Notes: generated by a model not told the origin, from the letters alone. DNA of 64,000 nt from Azolla caroliniana (GCA_043228905.1 JBHGNT010000013.1:3596001-3660000); one strand, 5' to 3'; shown: positions 11,730 through 25,298, counted from the stretch's first letter. Translations and numbers: made by a program.

Positions 11730-14700
11730 TGAAGTTCGGAGCGTTCCGAACGGCTGTGTGTACCCGGGAGAATACGTCGTCCTTTTTCGACTTACAGTCA
11801 ATGCTCCTGGTAGAGGAGAACCACGCGGGTGCGTCTACAAGCACGCACACCGACAACAGAATGTTGTACACGGAGGGAGATAGGTCCCGTGGACGTGGAG
11901 GACGAGGCGAGTCGGCGCGCAATGGAGGCGGCCGACGAGATCAAGGAAGAGGGCACCGAAGTGATGCCGACAACAACTTCGGACCCTCCGGAAACGGGGG
12001 GAGTCGAAACGATGAGAATCGGCAAGGGAAGTCCATCGCGGAGTCCTGGTATTGTGGCAAGAAAGGCCACAAGGAAAGTGAGTGCTGGAAGAAGCGCGCC
12101 GATTCGGAAAGAACCGGTTCTAGAAACGACTCCGGACATACCGACAAGGGAAATCGGCAGCGATCGCACTACACCGAAGACTCCGGGAGAGCCGGAGAAG
12201 GGTCTGCCTTCGTGATGAGACACGAAGCAAACTCAATGAAACAGACCACCCCGAGATCGGACGAGGTGTGGTACGTAGACTCTGGCGCGTCAAACCACAT
12301 GACGAGCCATAAGGAGTGGTTCTCGTACCTTGAAAAACCGATACAACCTGGAGTAGTCGCAACTAGAGATGACACTGCGCATCCGATCGCGAATGTCGGA
12401 GAAGTTCCCCTTAGCCATGTCGGGCAGAAAGGGAAACTCATGAACGTGCTGCACGTTCCGACAATCACGAAGAACTTGGTCTCGGTCGGACAGATTGTCG
12501 ACCAAGGGATGGAGGTTCTCGGTTTACACACCTCGGGTGCTTCATTGAGGAAGTAGGCCGTGTGATTGCGCAAGGGCGCAGAGATGGGAGGATGTTCATC
12601 CTCGACTCCACTGACGGCGGCACCGCAATGTTCGCGAAGGGACAAAAATCTGAGTCGGACATCGACTTGTGCCACAAACGGATAGGCCACGTCAACTACC
12701 AGCGGCTTCAAGATCTGCAATTGAAACAGGTAGTGTTTGGATTGCCCAAATTTAGTGGCCGAAAGGCACAAATTTGTGAAGCCTGCCAGCTTGGGAAGCA
12801 ACACTGACTTCCTTTCCCCAACAAGTGAAACCGGAGCTGGAACAAGCTCGACCTTATACACTCCGATGTGTGGGGGCCGGCACAAAACGTTAGTCTTGGC
12901 GGGAGCCGATATTTTGTCTCCTTCATCGACGACTACACGCGGCACACATGGATCTACCTCATTGAGAGGAAGAGCGAAGTCTTCGACGGTTTTCGGGACC
13001 TCAAAGGGTTCGTGGAAACGGAAACGGGACAAAAGATCAAGTGCCTGCGGTCGGATGGCAGGAAAGAGTACTTTTCCGGTCAATTCAACGGTTATCTACA
13101 ACAAATGGGAATTCAACACGAATTCAGTTGTAGATACACGCCGGAGCAGAACGGCGTGGTTGAGAGGAAGAATCGGTCAGTTGTGGAAGCAGCACGGGCA
13201 ATGCTGGAGGAGAAGAGCTTGGCCAAGTTCTATTGGGCCGAGGCGGTAAGGACCGCGGTATACATCCAGAACCGGATTGGAGACAAAGTGTCGGCGCACG
13301 AGCTATATTTCGGAACGAAGCCGAACTTGCGACACTTGAGGGTGTTCGGTAGCATTGCGTATGTGCATGTACTGAAGGAGAAAAGGAGGAAGCTGGACGC
13401 AAAGGCCGAGAAATGCATCTTGGTCAGTTACTCGGACGAGCAGAAGGGTTATAAGTGCTATAACCCTCGCACCAAACAAGTGTGTGTTAGCAACGACATT
13501 GTGTTTGACGAGTCCGTGTCCTGGTACCAGCCCCCGACTCCGAAGCCCAACTCCAATCCGAGCTCTGACGATGAGATCAGCGAGGCCGAGATGCCTCCGG
13601 ATGAGCCCGAAATCGAGACCCGCGAAGAGAGTTAGATTGGACTCCGTTTAAGTGGACCGATTGGACGACTGAGTCGGTACAACCAGTCCGATGGAGAGCC
13701 GGCGAGTAGTGGAGACTCGGCCGTGCATTCCCCGCGCAGGAAATCGAGGAGACGGCTCACGCGCAAAGAGAAAGGGAAGAAGAAGGTGTTAGATTCCGGC
13801 ACGGATAGGAACAAGTCAGACCGACGCGAGTCCGACTCTGAGGGAACCGGTGACGGGTCTTTAAAGGTGAAGTCCGCGTCGACCGAGAAGGCCTCGACAT
13901 CGGCTAATGTGAAATTACACCGATCTACCCGCCAGAAGAATCTTGTTTTGCGGTTCGGATACAACAAGTACATGGCGCATCATTATGCATACATGACCCG
14001 TGTAGCGGAAGTACGTGAGCCGGAGAGCTACGCAGAAGCGGCTAAAGACGCGAATTGGCGTGCTATGATGGAGGAAGAGATGCATGCATTGGCGGAGAAC
14101 GAGACCTGGGACCTGGTTGACGCACCAAGAGGGGTAAAACCGATCGGGTGTAGGTGGGTGTACAAGGTCAAGTTCAACACCGATGGCTCGGTCAACCGGT
14201 ACAAGGCTCGGCTAGTGGCAAAGGGGTACGCGCAGAAACACGGCATCGACTACGATGAGATGTTTGCGCCGGTCGCAAAAATGACAACCATCCGTGTTTT
14301 GCTTGCAGTAGCCGCGGCCAAGGGGTGGCACCTACATCAGATGGATGTAAAGAATGCGTTCCTGCAAGGTGACCTTGAGAAACAGGTGTACATGGTACAG
14401 CCCCCCGGATTTCACTTCGGAACGAACTCCTCGGTAGTATGCCAACTAAAGAAGTCCCTTTACGGACTGAAGCAAGCCCCGCGTGCCTGGAACGCGAAGA
14501 TTACACAACAACTGCGTCGGATGGGCTTCGTCACGTCAAAATCGGACTCTTCCCTGTTCATCCGGAAAGGTCGACTCGGACCAGTTAGTATTTTACTATA
14601 TGTTGATGACTTGGTCATCACCGGCGCCGACCTAGGTGAAATCGACCGCGTGAAGCTCCAGCTTGCGGCATCATTCGACATGAAGGATCTGGGGGACCTT

Positions 14701-16095
14701 CATTACTTCCTCGGAATCGAAGTGATCTGTACCCCCGAAGGCATATTGATTAGCCAACGACATTACGTGCTGAGTATGCTTTTCAAATTCAGGATGGCCG
14801 ACTGTAAGTCCGTCTCGACTCCTCTGGACAAAACCGTCAAGCTTCGTCACGATACGGGAAAGGTATGCGACCCGACGAGGTTCCGACAAATTGTCAGAAG
14901 CCTCATATACTTGACCATCACCCGACCCGACCTCAGTTATCCGGTCGGAGTGATCAATCAGTTCATGGCGTGACCTACCGAGGAGCACCTTCAGTGTGCG
15001 CAACGCATACTTCGGTATGTCAACGGCACTAAGGACCGGGGACTTCTATATCGGACCGGTGCAGCCGCACAGTTAGTCAGCTACACTGATGTTGATTGGG
15101 CTGGCAACGCCGCCGATCGCCGATCCACGTCCGGATACGCGTTCTCCCTCGGGAGTGCCGCGATCGCGTGGAGCAGTAAGAAGCAGCCGACAATTGCACT
15201 GTCGAGCACCGAAGCTGAGTACCGAGGAGCGGTTGTCGCGACATGCGAAGCCATATGGTTGAAGCGGCTACTTAAGGACCTGCAAGAGGAGGTGTCAGAT
15301 CCAACGACGATCTACTGCGACAACCTCAGCAACATCCAGCTTGCGAAAAACCCTGTTTTCCACGCACGGACCAAGCACATTGAGGTGCACTACCATTTCG
15401 TCCGTGAGCGTGTCCTTTCCGGTGAAGTCGAACTTCAGTACGTTCTGACGGATCGGCAGACTGCCGACATCTTCACCAAGCCTCTTGGTCTGGACAAGTT
15501 GCGGCAATTCTCAGGTGCGCTCGGATTGCGTGACCTCGACGTGCCAAACTTGAGGTGGAGAACAGTCCTGAACGACCAAGCAAGGCAGCAGGAAAGGAGC
15601 AGAGACCGCGACACCGAGTCGGTTGACTCGATTGTCAAGTTCGACTTCGGATCGGCTGAAGAAGCCGAGGGCGGACCCGCGGAAAAGTCCGGAACCGGAC
15701 AGAAGGGGAGCAGCCGAAGGAGAGAGCCGAAGCCAACCACGCATGGGGAAGATGACACCATCGAGGGCGAGAAGACCGAAGACAAGTTGGAGACAGCCAA
15801 CTCGGACGAGAGCGAAAACCGATCGGAGGTAGCTGAGTCGGTTCGGATGTTTGATTTAGATACGCTGAATCAACCAAGGCCCAAGCGGAAGAAAAGGCAG
15901 CAGGAGAAGCGTCAACACCGCAACAGCAGAAGAGCTGATAAGGGCCACATGAGAAGACAAGCCGATCGGAAGGGTCGAAGCGCGCGGAGTCGAACAGGTC
16001 GAGGAGCGCGAGTGAGGCGTGAAGCCAGGAGGAACCGGAGCTGTGAGCCTGAAGATCCCGAAGAGCCTCAAGTTGAGCTTGAGGGGGAGTGTTGA
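11730..16095 (+). pseudogene. pol: Element D gag C-terminus and pol (PR-INT-RT-RH) with charged 3' extension
   Basis: WYVDSGASNHM; FIDDYTRHTW; YKARLVAKGY; LYVDDL; HARTKHIEVHYHF; several stops. Confidence 0.92.
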
Positions 16096-16544
16096 GAGAC
16101 AAGCTCAACATCGGCCGAATCGGCTGAAGAAGCCGAGGACCGGATCGGTTGGGACCGATCGGTTAGGCCGAATGCGTAAACCGGTACGCAGACCGGTGCA
16201 TAGGTAGGGCCGAATAGGTGCATAAACCGGGAGGCCGTTAGGAAAGATATTCCGTGAGGAATATATTTGGGAGTTAGTGTAGGATCTCTTAATGAGCATT
16301 GAAGTGCTGTCAGTACTTCTGTCAGTCCTTCTAGGACTTGTATAAAAGTGTTCATTGAACACACATATGTATAGAGTGTGGTGAATAGAGATTGAGTATT
16401 TTTTTGAATATAGTCCTTGTGTTTTCTCTCTCACTCTCTCTGTCTCTCCTGCGTATACTGCGTAAGCTCAAACTCTCCATTAAACCTGAGTTTTTCTTCC
16501 TTCTGTTCGGTCTTCATACTTGCTTCCGCACGCTACTTTTTACA

Positions 16545-19500
16545 AGAACCAAAGATCAGCCTCCACGCCAATTTTGATGGTACGAGGTCTTTATTTCGAG
16601 GCTTTTTGAATCATGTTCGTCTAGTTATTCAGCTACATCCCAATCGGTATCCAACTGATGTTGCTCGTGTGGAATTAGTGGGAACTTTGCTATGCGGTCC
16701 GACGTTAGCATGGTTCACACCACTTCTCGAGAAGAAATCACCATTGCTGGAGGATTTCGAGGCATTTGTTAAAGAGTTTCAAGCTAGTTTCGGGGATACT
16801 GACAACACTAAGACAACGATAAACAAGATTCGAAGGCTCCGACAAGGAGATCATCCCACATCGTCTTACGCAGCCGATTTCCGTCTCTTGGCATGCGATA
16901 TCCCTTGGGATGAGGCGGCTTTAATGGATCAATTCCGTCAAGGTTTGCGAAATGATGTCAAAGATCTTCTTCTTACTTTCCCTGAAGATCCGAAGTCACT
17001 TACAAAAGCCATTAGTCAAGCCGTGCGATGTGATAATCGCCTATTTGAGCGACGTTCTGAGTGCCAACAAATGTTACGCTGCCAACCTAAACAGACTTAC
17101 GCTTTTGTAGTCGCAACGCCTCCACAAGTTTCTAGACCCATTACAAGGGATGACCCAATTCCAATGGAAATAGAGTCAACACAACACAAGTTTCCAGACC
17201 CATTACAAGGGATGACCCAATTCCAATGGAAATAGAGTCAACACAACGATGTGGGCCATTATCAGATGATGAGAAGCAACGACGTCGAGCACATCGCCCC
17301 TGCCTGTAGTGTGGTGGTCCAAGACATATAGTTGTAAATTGTCCACAAAAACCTAGGCGTCAAGTATACCAAGTAAGTGCCCATGAAAACAATACATCGA
17401 GTTCCATTGTTACTACTAATAACATAAGTAAGCCTCATAGTCCATGCCATGAGAATAGATTCGATGTCTTGAGCCAATTAGAGGATGTGTTAAACGAGTA
17501 AGTCCGGCCAGAATAGGAGTCATTTGGCTGGACCATCCTAGCTATGTAGAGTTAGTTCCTAGTCGTGGCTCCATTTCATCAAATCATGTGAGTAGAGTTC
17601 TTTCTGCACAAGTTGTGCTTACCACATCTACATGTCATCGAGTCCTAGCCTCTGCCCTCCTAGATTCTGGAGCCAACTCTTGTTTCATGGATCGTGAATT
17701 TGCCTTGTCACAAAACATCCTCTTGAATAAGCTTCCCAACCCAGTAGCCGAAGGAATCATTGATGGATGTCCCATAGCATCAAGAGATATAGTCGAGTTT
17801 GAGCCAATTAGGATAGTCCTTGGTGATTTGGCAAGCACAATCTCTTTCAACATTATTCGTAGTCCAGAACACCCAATAGTTCTAGGTCTCCCTTGGTTTG
17901 AACTCCATAACCCGAAGATTGATTGGATGAAAAGAACAATTGAGGAAACCCAGGAAAAAAGCACAAATCCCGCATCCCTCTCTCCTACATGTGATAATAG
18001 ATCCCCGGAGTTATCGACCATCTCTTTACGACAGTTGCGGGAGGAAGGGGGAAACGAGGCCATGTTCGTCTTCGCAATAGTAGCAACTCCATCATCCACT
18101 TCACATGAAGCAGACATTAAACTACTAGAGAAATACAAGGAGCTCTCAGATGTCTTTGATAAGGTGAAGGCCAATACATTGCCGGAGCATCGGTCATACA
18201 ACTGCCCTATTGACTTACAACCAGAGAAAGAACCTCCATGGGGCCCAATTTATAATCTCTCCCCTGTAGAGCTAGAGACTTTGTGGGAATATATTGATGA
18301 GAATTTGGCAAACGGATTCATTCGGCATTCTAGATCCCTTGTTGGTGCACCTATCTTCTTTATTAAGAAGAAGAATGGGACTCTTCGGTTGGTCGTGGAT
18401 TATCGAGGGCTAAACAAAATGACTCTCCGGAATAGATATGCTCTACCATTAATCCTGAATCTTTTGGAACGTCTCAATGGTGCAAAATATTTCACGAAGT
18501 TGGACCTTCGTGGAGCATATAATCTAGTTCGGATTCGCCCGGGGGATGAATGGAAGACAACTTTTCGCACTCGCTATGGACATTTTGAGTATACTGTGAT
18601 GCCATTCGGTCTCACGAATGCACCTACTGTTTTCCAACATATGGCGAATGATATTTTTCGAGATTTTCTTGATATCTTCACTATAGTTTACCTAGATGAT
18701 ATTTTAATCTACTCGAAGACCCAAGAGGAGCATGACGAACATGTTCGTCAGGTACTGCGTTGACTCTAAGAATATGGTCTCTACGCAAAATTAGAAAAGT
18801 GTAGTTTCGGCCAGAATCAAGTGGAATTTTTGGGGTATATTGTATCATCAGATGGTATTGCTATGGACCCCATGAAGGTACAAGCAATTTTAGAGTGGCA
18901 AATGCCCCTTTCAGTGCGTGATGTGCAATGTTTTCTCGGGTTTGCAAATTTTTATCAAAAATTTATTAAAGATTATTCCAAGGTGGTGCTTCCGCTTACT
19001 CAACTCACACATAAAAATCAGCCATTTATATGGAGTTCAGATGCAGTCAAGGCATTCAAAAGCTTCGAACGAGCATTTACAACGGCACGTATCTTAGCAC
19101 ATGTCGACCCAACAAAACGCTTCATCCTCGAAGTCGATGCATCCGATTTTGCACTAGGGAGTGTCCTCTTGCAGACTGGAGATGATGGACAACTACGCCC
19201 TGACACCTTTCATTCACGAAAGTTTGACGCTGCAGAGATCAACTACGAGATCCATGACAAAGAGCTTCTTGCAATTGTGGATTCGTTTCAACAATGGAGA
19301 CATTTTCTAGAAGATTCTTCTCAGCAGATCATTGTCTACAATTGATCATAAGAACTTGACTTATTTCCAAAATGCTCGAGTCTTGAGTCGGAGAGAAGCC
19401 CGGTGGGCGCAATTTTTTACTCACTTCGACTTTATCATCATATATCACCTTGTGATGCAGCAATGCAAAGTAGATGCTCTTTCGTGGCGCTCTTATATGG

Positions 19501-21106
19501 AGCTTCGTCCAGGGGAACCTACATTTGAGCATCAAAAACAAATCCTTTTGGGTCCTAATCACTTACGATTAATGGTAGTTAATGCCATAACAACTCTTGA
19601 AGATTCCACTCTTGTTTATTCCATTCGAGATCATATGGCCACTGATGATTTCGCCAAGGATGTTTTGGATCATATTGTCCCAAATCATGCTTCTTCCTCA
19701 TGGTCGAAAAATCCTCATAATGACTATCGTCAGTTCTATTTTCATGGTGGTTTTCTGTTTCGACAAAACCTATTGTATGTTTCGTGATGGTCCCCCATGG
19801 CTACAAGTTTTACAACATTGCCATGACTCACCAATGGCTGGTCATTTTGGAGTTCACAAGACTCTAGAATTAATTTCTCGACGCTATTGGTGGCCTCGCC
19901 TTCGTCATTTTGTTGAGGTGTATGTTCGCAGCTATGATATATGTTGTCGATCAAAGAGTCCTCGTCACCGATCCTATGGCTTACTACAAACACTTCCCAT
20001 TTCGGAAAATCCTTGGATTTCATTACTGATCTCCCAATTTCAAAAGGTTTTGATGCAATTCTCACAGTAGTTGATCGATTTACCAAAATGGCACATTTCT
20101 TGCCATGTATGAAATCAATTACTAGTCGAGAGGTGGCCAATCTCGTTATGCGGGAGGTATTTGAGCATCATGGTCTACTAGATGATATTATTAGTGATCG
20201 TGGTCCACAATTCATCTCAAAGTTTTGGAAGCACATGTTCAAACTTCTCCACATTTCGGTTAAGCTTTCTTCGGGCTATCATCCCGAAACAAATGGCCAA
20301 ACTGAGCATACCAACTAGACATTGGAGCAATATCTTCATTTTTTCATCAACTATCAACAAGATGATTGGGTTGATTTTTTGCACTTGGTGGAATTCGCTT
20401 ACAACAACTTAGCCCATTCTTCTACAAGATATTCCCCATTTTTCGCAAATACGGGCTGTCATCCTCGGTGGATGATGAATGCGCACCCAGACGTTCCTAC
20501 CAACCCTACTGCCGGGGATCGTCTTAGTCGCCTCCAAGAAATTCACGCTACCATTCTCCACAATTTGCACGATGCTCAAGTTACACACAGGAGGCTTTCC
20601 GATCGTCATCAAAAAAGTTCCATGTTGGGGATCATGTATGGTTTCTCCAACACAACATCAAAACCACTCGACCTTGCAGTAGATTGGATTACCAACGTTA
20701 TGGCCCTTACATGATCACTGGTAAGATAAGTGATGTTGCATTTCGTCTTGGCCTCCCTCGACACATGCATCTTCATCCAGTGTTTCATGTATCCCTTTTG
20801 GAACCTTATACTACAAGTTCAATTCCGGGCCGTCTTACGATACCCCCACCACCTGTTGAGTTCTTGGACGGACCCGAATATCAAGTTGTTGCCATTCTCG
20901 ATTCTAAAATCGTGCGCAACAAGCTGTATTACTTAGTCGATTGGCTAGGCTATAACCCCAATGATCGAACTTGGGAACTTGCTGCAAATCTTTCCAATGT
21001 TGCGGAACTCGTCACTACATTTCATCACCAATATCCTCATAAACCAGGTCCTAATACAAACCCTACGACACGACCTGTGAGATGTGTCGTCGAAGAAAGG
21101 GGATAG
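16545..21106 (+). pseudogene. pol: Element B gag remainder and pol (PR-RT-RH-INT-chromodomain)
   Basis: EPKISL..; LLDSGANSCF; YLDDILIYS; YYLVDWLGY chromodomain; stops and frameshifts, including a ~62-bp tandem duplication near 17125-17250. Confidence 0.92.
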
Positions 21107-21164
21107 TGTCACGAAAACACTCACATCATGCATTGAAAGGATCATGATACTCATATTATGCCTC

Positions 21165-21225
21165 AAAAGGATTTGAACCCACGACCTTGTTGTACACATG
21201 TCAAATCCTTAGCCATTGTATTAAT
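21165..21225 (-). promoter_or_regulatory. tRNA-derived A/B-box module in the B LTR (also 4165-4225)
   Basis: Minus strand TAATACAATGGCTAAGG and AAGGTCGTGGGTTCAAATCC; the A box is degenerate. Confidence 0.55.
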
Positions 21226-21553
21226 ATTTTTGTATGTATAGTTTTTAGAATATGAAATCTAATATCATAGGAATATTCTATTTTACTCTACATTCTAGAA
21301 TGACCTAGAATATTCTAGAATGTTCTATACACTAGAACCTTCTAGAATACTCTAGAGATCTTCTAGATTACTCTACATTCTAGGATAACCTAGAATATTT
21401 TAGAATGTTCTCTATTACTTATAAATTGGGATCTACCACTCATCCCAAACCTAAATTGGTTCAACACCATTTTGTAGTACTCTGTTGCCTACTCTATCCA
21501 TTTACTCTTCAATATAATAATTCTTTTTCAATTATCTCTCTATCTTCTTTCTT

Positions 21554-21603
<50 letters not shown>

Positions 21604-21607
21604 GACA

Positions 21608-24090
21608 ATAGCCGCAAATCTCCAGCCGGATGAAGAGACATCCTTAATTATCCTCCTCGCAGAATTTAGAGACGTGTTCGCATGGACGTATGCAGATATG
21701 AAAGGCGTACCGGCCGAAGTAGTCACCCATAGCATCCCCATGCAAGCCGATGCCCGCCCAATCCGACAACGACCACGCCCAATGAACCCTAACTAGTCTC
21801 AACAAGTAAAAGCCGAAATCGATAAAATGCTACACGCTGGCATCATCTTCCCAATTGAGCTTACGACTCGGGTCTCTCTGATAGTAGTCGTCACAAAGAA
21901 GAAGCATATGTGTCTACTACCGGCAAGTCAACGATGCTACTATCAAGGACAACTACCCGGTACCCTACATTGAGCACTTACTCGAAAGAGTTGCAGGGGC
22001 GGAAGCCTATAGCTTCATTGATGGCTTCTCGGGGTACAACCAAATCTCGGTGGTTCCTGAAGATCAACACAAGACGGCCTTTGCAACCGAATTTGGTACG
22101 TTCGCTTACAAATAGATGCCTTTCGGGCTCACAAGTGCCCTAAGCACCTATGAAAGGGCAGCGGACCACATCTTCGTGACAAGGTTACGACAAGGAGTGG
22201 AGTCTTACATCGATGATTTATGCTGCCATTCGAAATGGCATGACCACCTTGCACTACTCCGCTTAACGTTCGAAAAATGTAGGGAGTACCAACTCTCTCT
22301 CAACCCTCTCAAGTGTCAATTTTGGGTTAAACACGAACTCATACTAGGTCATGTGGTGTCCCGACATGGGATCTCAACCGATGAGGTGAAAGTAAACCTC
22401 ATCCTTGACATGCCATCACCCACGAACGAAAAACAACTACAAGGTTTCATGGGGTATGCGAGTTACTATAGACGGTTCATTAAGATGTTCGTAGAGAAAG
22501 CGAGACCACTCTACGCGTTACTAAAGCAGTACACATAGAGTGAAGACTGCACTCATTCGTTCAAGCTCTTGAAGGAGTGCGTAACCAAAGCCCCCATCCT
22601 CCGATCTCCAGACTATAGTAAAGGATTACATGTTCACATTGATGCTTTCGCCTTCATGATCGGGGCAGTACTCGCTCAACTTGGTGAAGGAGCACTTGAT
22701 CTACCGATTACCTTTGCTAGTCGTCAACTGAACTGTGTGGAACAATATTACTCTACAACAGAAGGAGAAGCTTTAGCAATGGTTTACAACGTGAAGAAGT
22801 TCTGACATTACCTATTGGCGTCACATTTCTCATTTTTCGTAGATCATCAAGACCTCCTCTACTTGGTAAACAAGACTCATGCCATAGGACGCATATCCCG
22901 ATGGCGCGTAACTCTACTCGACTTTGACTTCAAAGTGGTAGTGAGAAAAGGAAAGCACCATGTACTCGCTAATCATTTCTCGCGAATACCAAATGGAGAG
23001 GAAGCCACTGAAGTCGACGACGAAACGCCAGATGCTGCGTTATTCACGATCGATACTGTACCGTCATGGGCATCAGACATCGTTCGCGTCTTAACTGAAG
23101 GAGCCTTCTTCTTAAAACAACTAAGTCATGCCCAAGCATGTGTCTTGTTGAAGAAGTGTGGCCCCTTCACGATTCTCAGAGGCAACTTGTATCGATGAGG
23201 CAACGACGATGTAGTCTGAAGGTGTGTAGCAGACTATGATGTCATCGCTGTCATTGAACAAGCTCATTGCAGAAGCGGAAGCAGTCATTTCAATCAAGAG
23301 TCCACCGCACACAAGGTCCTTCAGTCAGGCTTATGGTGGTCGACACTATTCAAAGACACATATGAGTATGTACTTCGGTGTGATGAATGCCAACGTTTCA
23401 AGCACCCACAAAAAGAGGATTTCAACACATTAAACCCAGTAGTTGCTTGGCAACCATTCGAGAAATGGGGTATTGATTTTATCAGCCCAATTAGCCTAGC
23501 TTCCAATCTCAACCGATACATAATCACTGCCATGGATTATGCTACCCAGTGGGCCGAAGCCAAAGCCTGTGTTAATGCCGATGCACACACGACTGCCAAA
23601 TTCCTATACGAAAATGTCATCACGGTTCGGATGCCCACTCAAAATAATCAACGACCAAGGCTCTCATTTCCTCAATCAGGTGGTAGCACACCTACTAGGC
23701 AAGTTTATGGTGACACATCACAAGAGCTCCCTTTATTACTCCCGGTGCAATGGACAAGCGGAAAGCACTAATAATGTGTTATGTACAGTGCTCACGAAGA
23801 TAATCGCAGCCTCTCAGTCTTATTGGAGCATCAAACTCCAAGCCTCATTGTGGGCCTTGCGCACCTCCTACAAAGTAACAACTCGCCACACGCCGTTTAA
23901 ACTAGTATACGGACAAGAGGCAGTACTACCCATTGAGTTCCTCATCCCTAGCCTCAAGATAGCCATCCAAGAATGATTGGATGGGAACCCCCTCCCATCA
24001 CGTCTAGAGAACTTGGAACGACTAACAGAAACTCGACTACTCGCATTCCAGGCACTCCTCGCAGAGAAAGCGAACAGAAACTCGAAACCA
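21608..24090 (+). pseudogene. pol: Element A RT-RNase H-integrase (disrupted)
   Basis: EFRDVFAW; MPFGL..YIDDL; VHIDAFAF; FEKWGIDF; YKVTTRHTPFKLVYGQEAVLPIEF. No additional RNase H and no chromodomain seen. Confidence 0.9.
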
Positions 24091-24096
24091 ACCTCG

Positions 24097-24432
24097 ATGG
24101 ACCCTAATGTCATGAAAACACACTTACCATGCTTCGCCAATGGCATACCTATAAAAGCAGTAATCGACACTGGAGCCTCACGGACCCTCTTCTCCTTCGA
24201 AACATGGGAACATCTAGGGTTCCCAAACCTCGAACTGTGCCACGACAATTTCCTTGGCTTCGATGGCTCCACATCAGGCTGCTTTAGAACCTTCGAGTGT
24301 GCAATCAAGACACAATATAGCGCTCATTCAATTCGAGTTCGGGTCCTTCCTCCGAAAGTGTTGTATACACCTTGCCTCCTCGGTTTGGATTGGTGTCACC
24401 AAGCCAGAACACCGTCTCCTTCCAAACTGTGA
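24097..24432 (+). CDS. Second retropepsin-like aspartic protease domain, downstream of A integrase
   Basis: NGIPIKAVIDTGASRTLFS...FLGFDGS...CLLGLDW, in frame with the integrase C-terminal helix. Confidence 0.75.
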   Translation: MDPNVMKTHLPCFANGIPIKAVIDTGASRTLFSFETWEHLGFPNLELCHDNFLGFDGSTSGCFRTFECAIKTQYSAHSIRVRVLPPKVLYTPCLLGLDWCHQARTPSPSKL

Positions 24433-24861
24433 ATGGTGTGAAGTCAAAAAAACTTGTCGCAACAATAATCCAACCACCTCCAGCCAATCTCGACAAACCC
24501 CAAACCATGAAAACGTCCAAAAATACAAACTCCTACAACCACCAATCACCCAAGATCAAAGTAATGCTAACATCGAAAGAAGGAAAGGCACACCGCATAA
24601 GTGGGTGAATGCCCATGCGACTTATGCCGAAGGACTACACCAAGGGGAATGTACCGTTTGGTGTGCCCGAAAAGGGCTCGCAAATGCCCAAGGTTGGCAC
24701 AAAGGTGCCACCCGATTCTGGGTCCCTAAACGAAGTCGGCTCCCCACCCGCGACCACACCACGATCGCACGAAATACTCAACGACTCCGCACATCAACCA
24801 AACACCCCGCCCAAGTTAAGTCGATAGGCACTAGCCAGATTCCATCCATCTGGTGGAGGTG

Positions 24862-25128
24862 CCCCCCTTTATCCCCATCATCATACCCGCAACCTACACC
24901 GAGTATTCTGGACGAGAAGGTTGGCATTTCACCGAAGTCCCCCTTCCCCTCCACGACCGTTGTAACGTCATCGCTCAAATCAAAATGCACAAGGACCTAC
25001 CTCCCGAGCCCCCCTTTATCCCCATCATCATACCCGCAACCTACAACGAGTATTCTGGATGAGAAGGTTGGCATTTCACCGAAGTCCCCCTTCCCCTCCC
25101 CGACCGTTGTAGCGTCATCGCTCAAATT
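24862..25128 (+). repeat. 147-bp-period tandem duplication in the A 3' region
   Basis: PPLSPSSYPQPT.SILDEKVGISPKSPFPS.TVV occurs twice. Confidence 0.9.
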
Positions 25129-25298
25129 GGTGACACCGCCTCCACTGACGCCATCTCCCGCATCACTGGCGATTATCAAGTGAGCACATGATCCTCACCC
25201 GGTCCTGTGGGCCCATGAGTTCATTCGACGCATCAAGGAATGGCAAACATGACCTAAATCAGTAGCCAATTTCGCGTGGTTCCTCACTTGTTGCTTGT

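Larger units (their letters stand above)
4720..16544 (+). mobile_element. Element D: Ty1/Copia inserted in B gag
   Basis: LTRs 4720-5162 and 16090-16544; perfect TSD AGAAC; Met-i PBS TGGTATTAGAGC 5163-5174; PPT 16081-16089. Confidence 0.95.
4107..21607 (+). mobile_element. Element B: Tcn1-like Ty3/Gypsy chromovirus, degenerate
   Basis: LTRs 4107-~4433 (3'-truncated) and 21107-21607 (TGTCA..TGACA); PPT 21092-21106; TSD ATAGT/ATAGC; gag-PR-RT-RH-INT-chromodomain. Confidence 0.93.

Noticed and set aside
12169-13083. 304-aa antisense ORF and similar shadow ORFs
   Set aside because: Antisense to GC-rich Copia pol, with no independent motifs.
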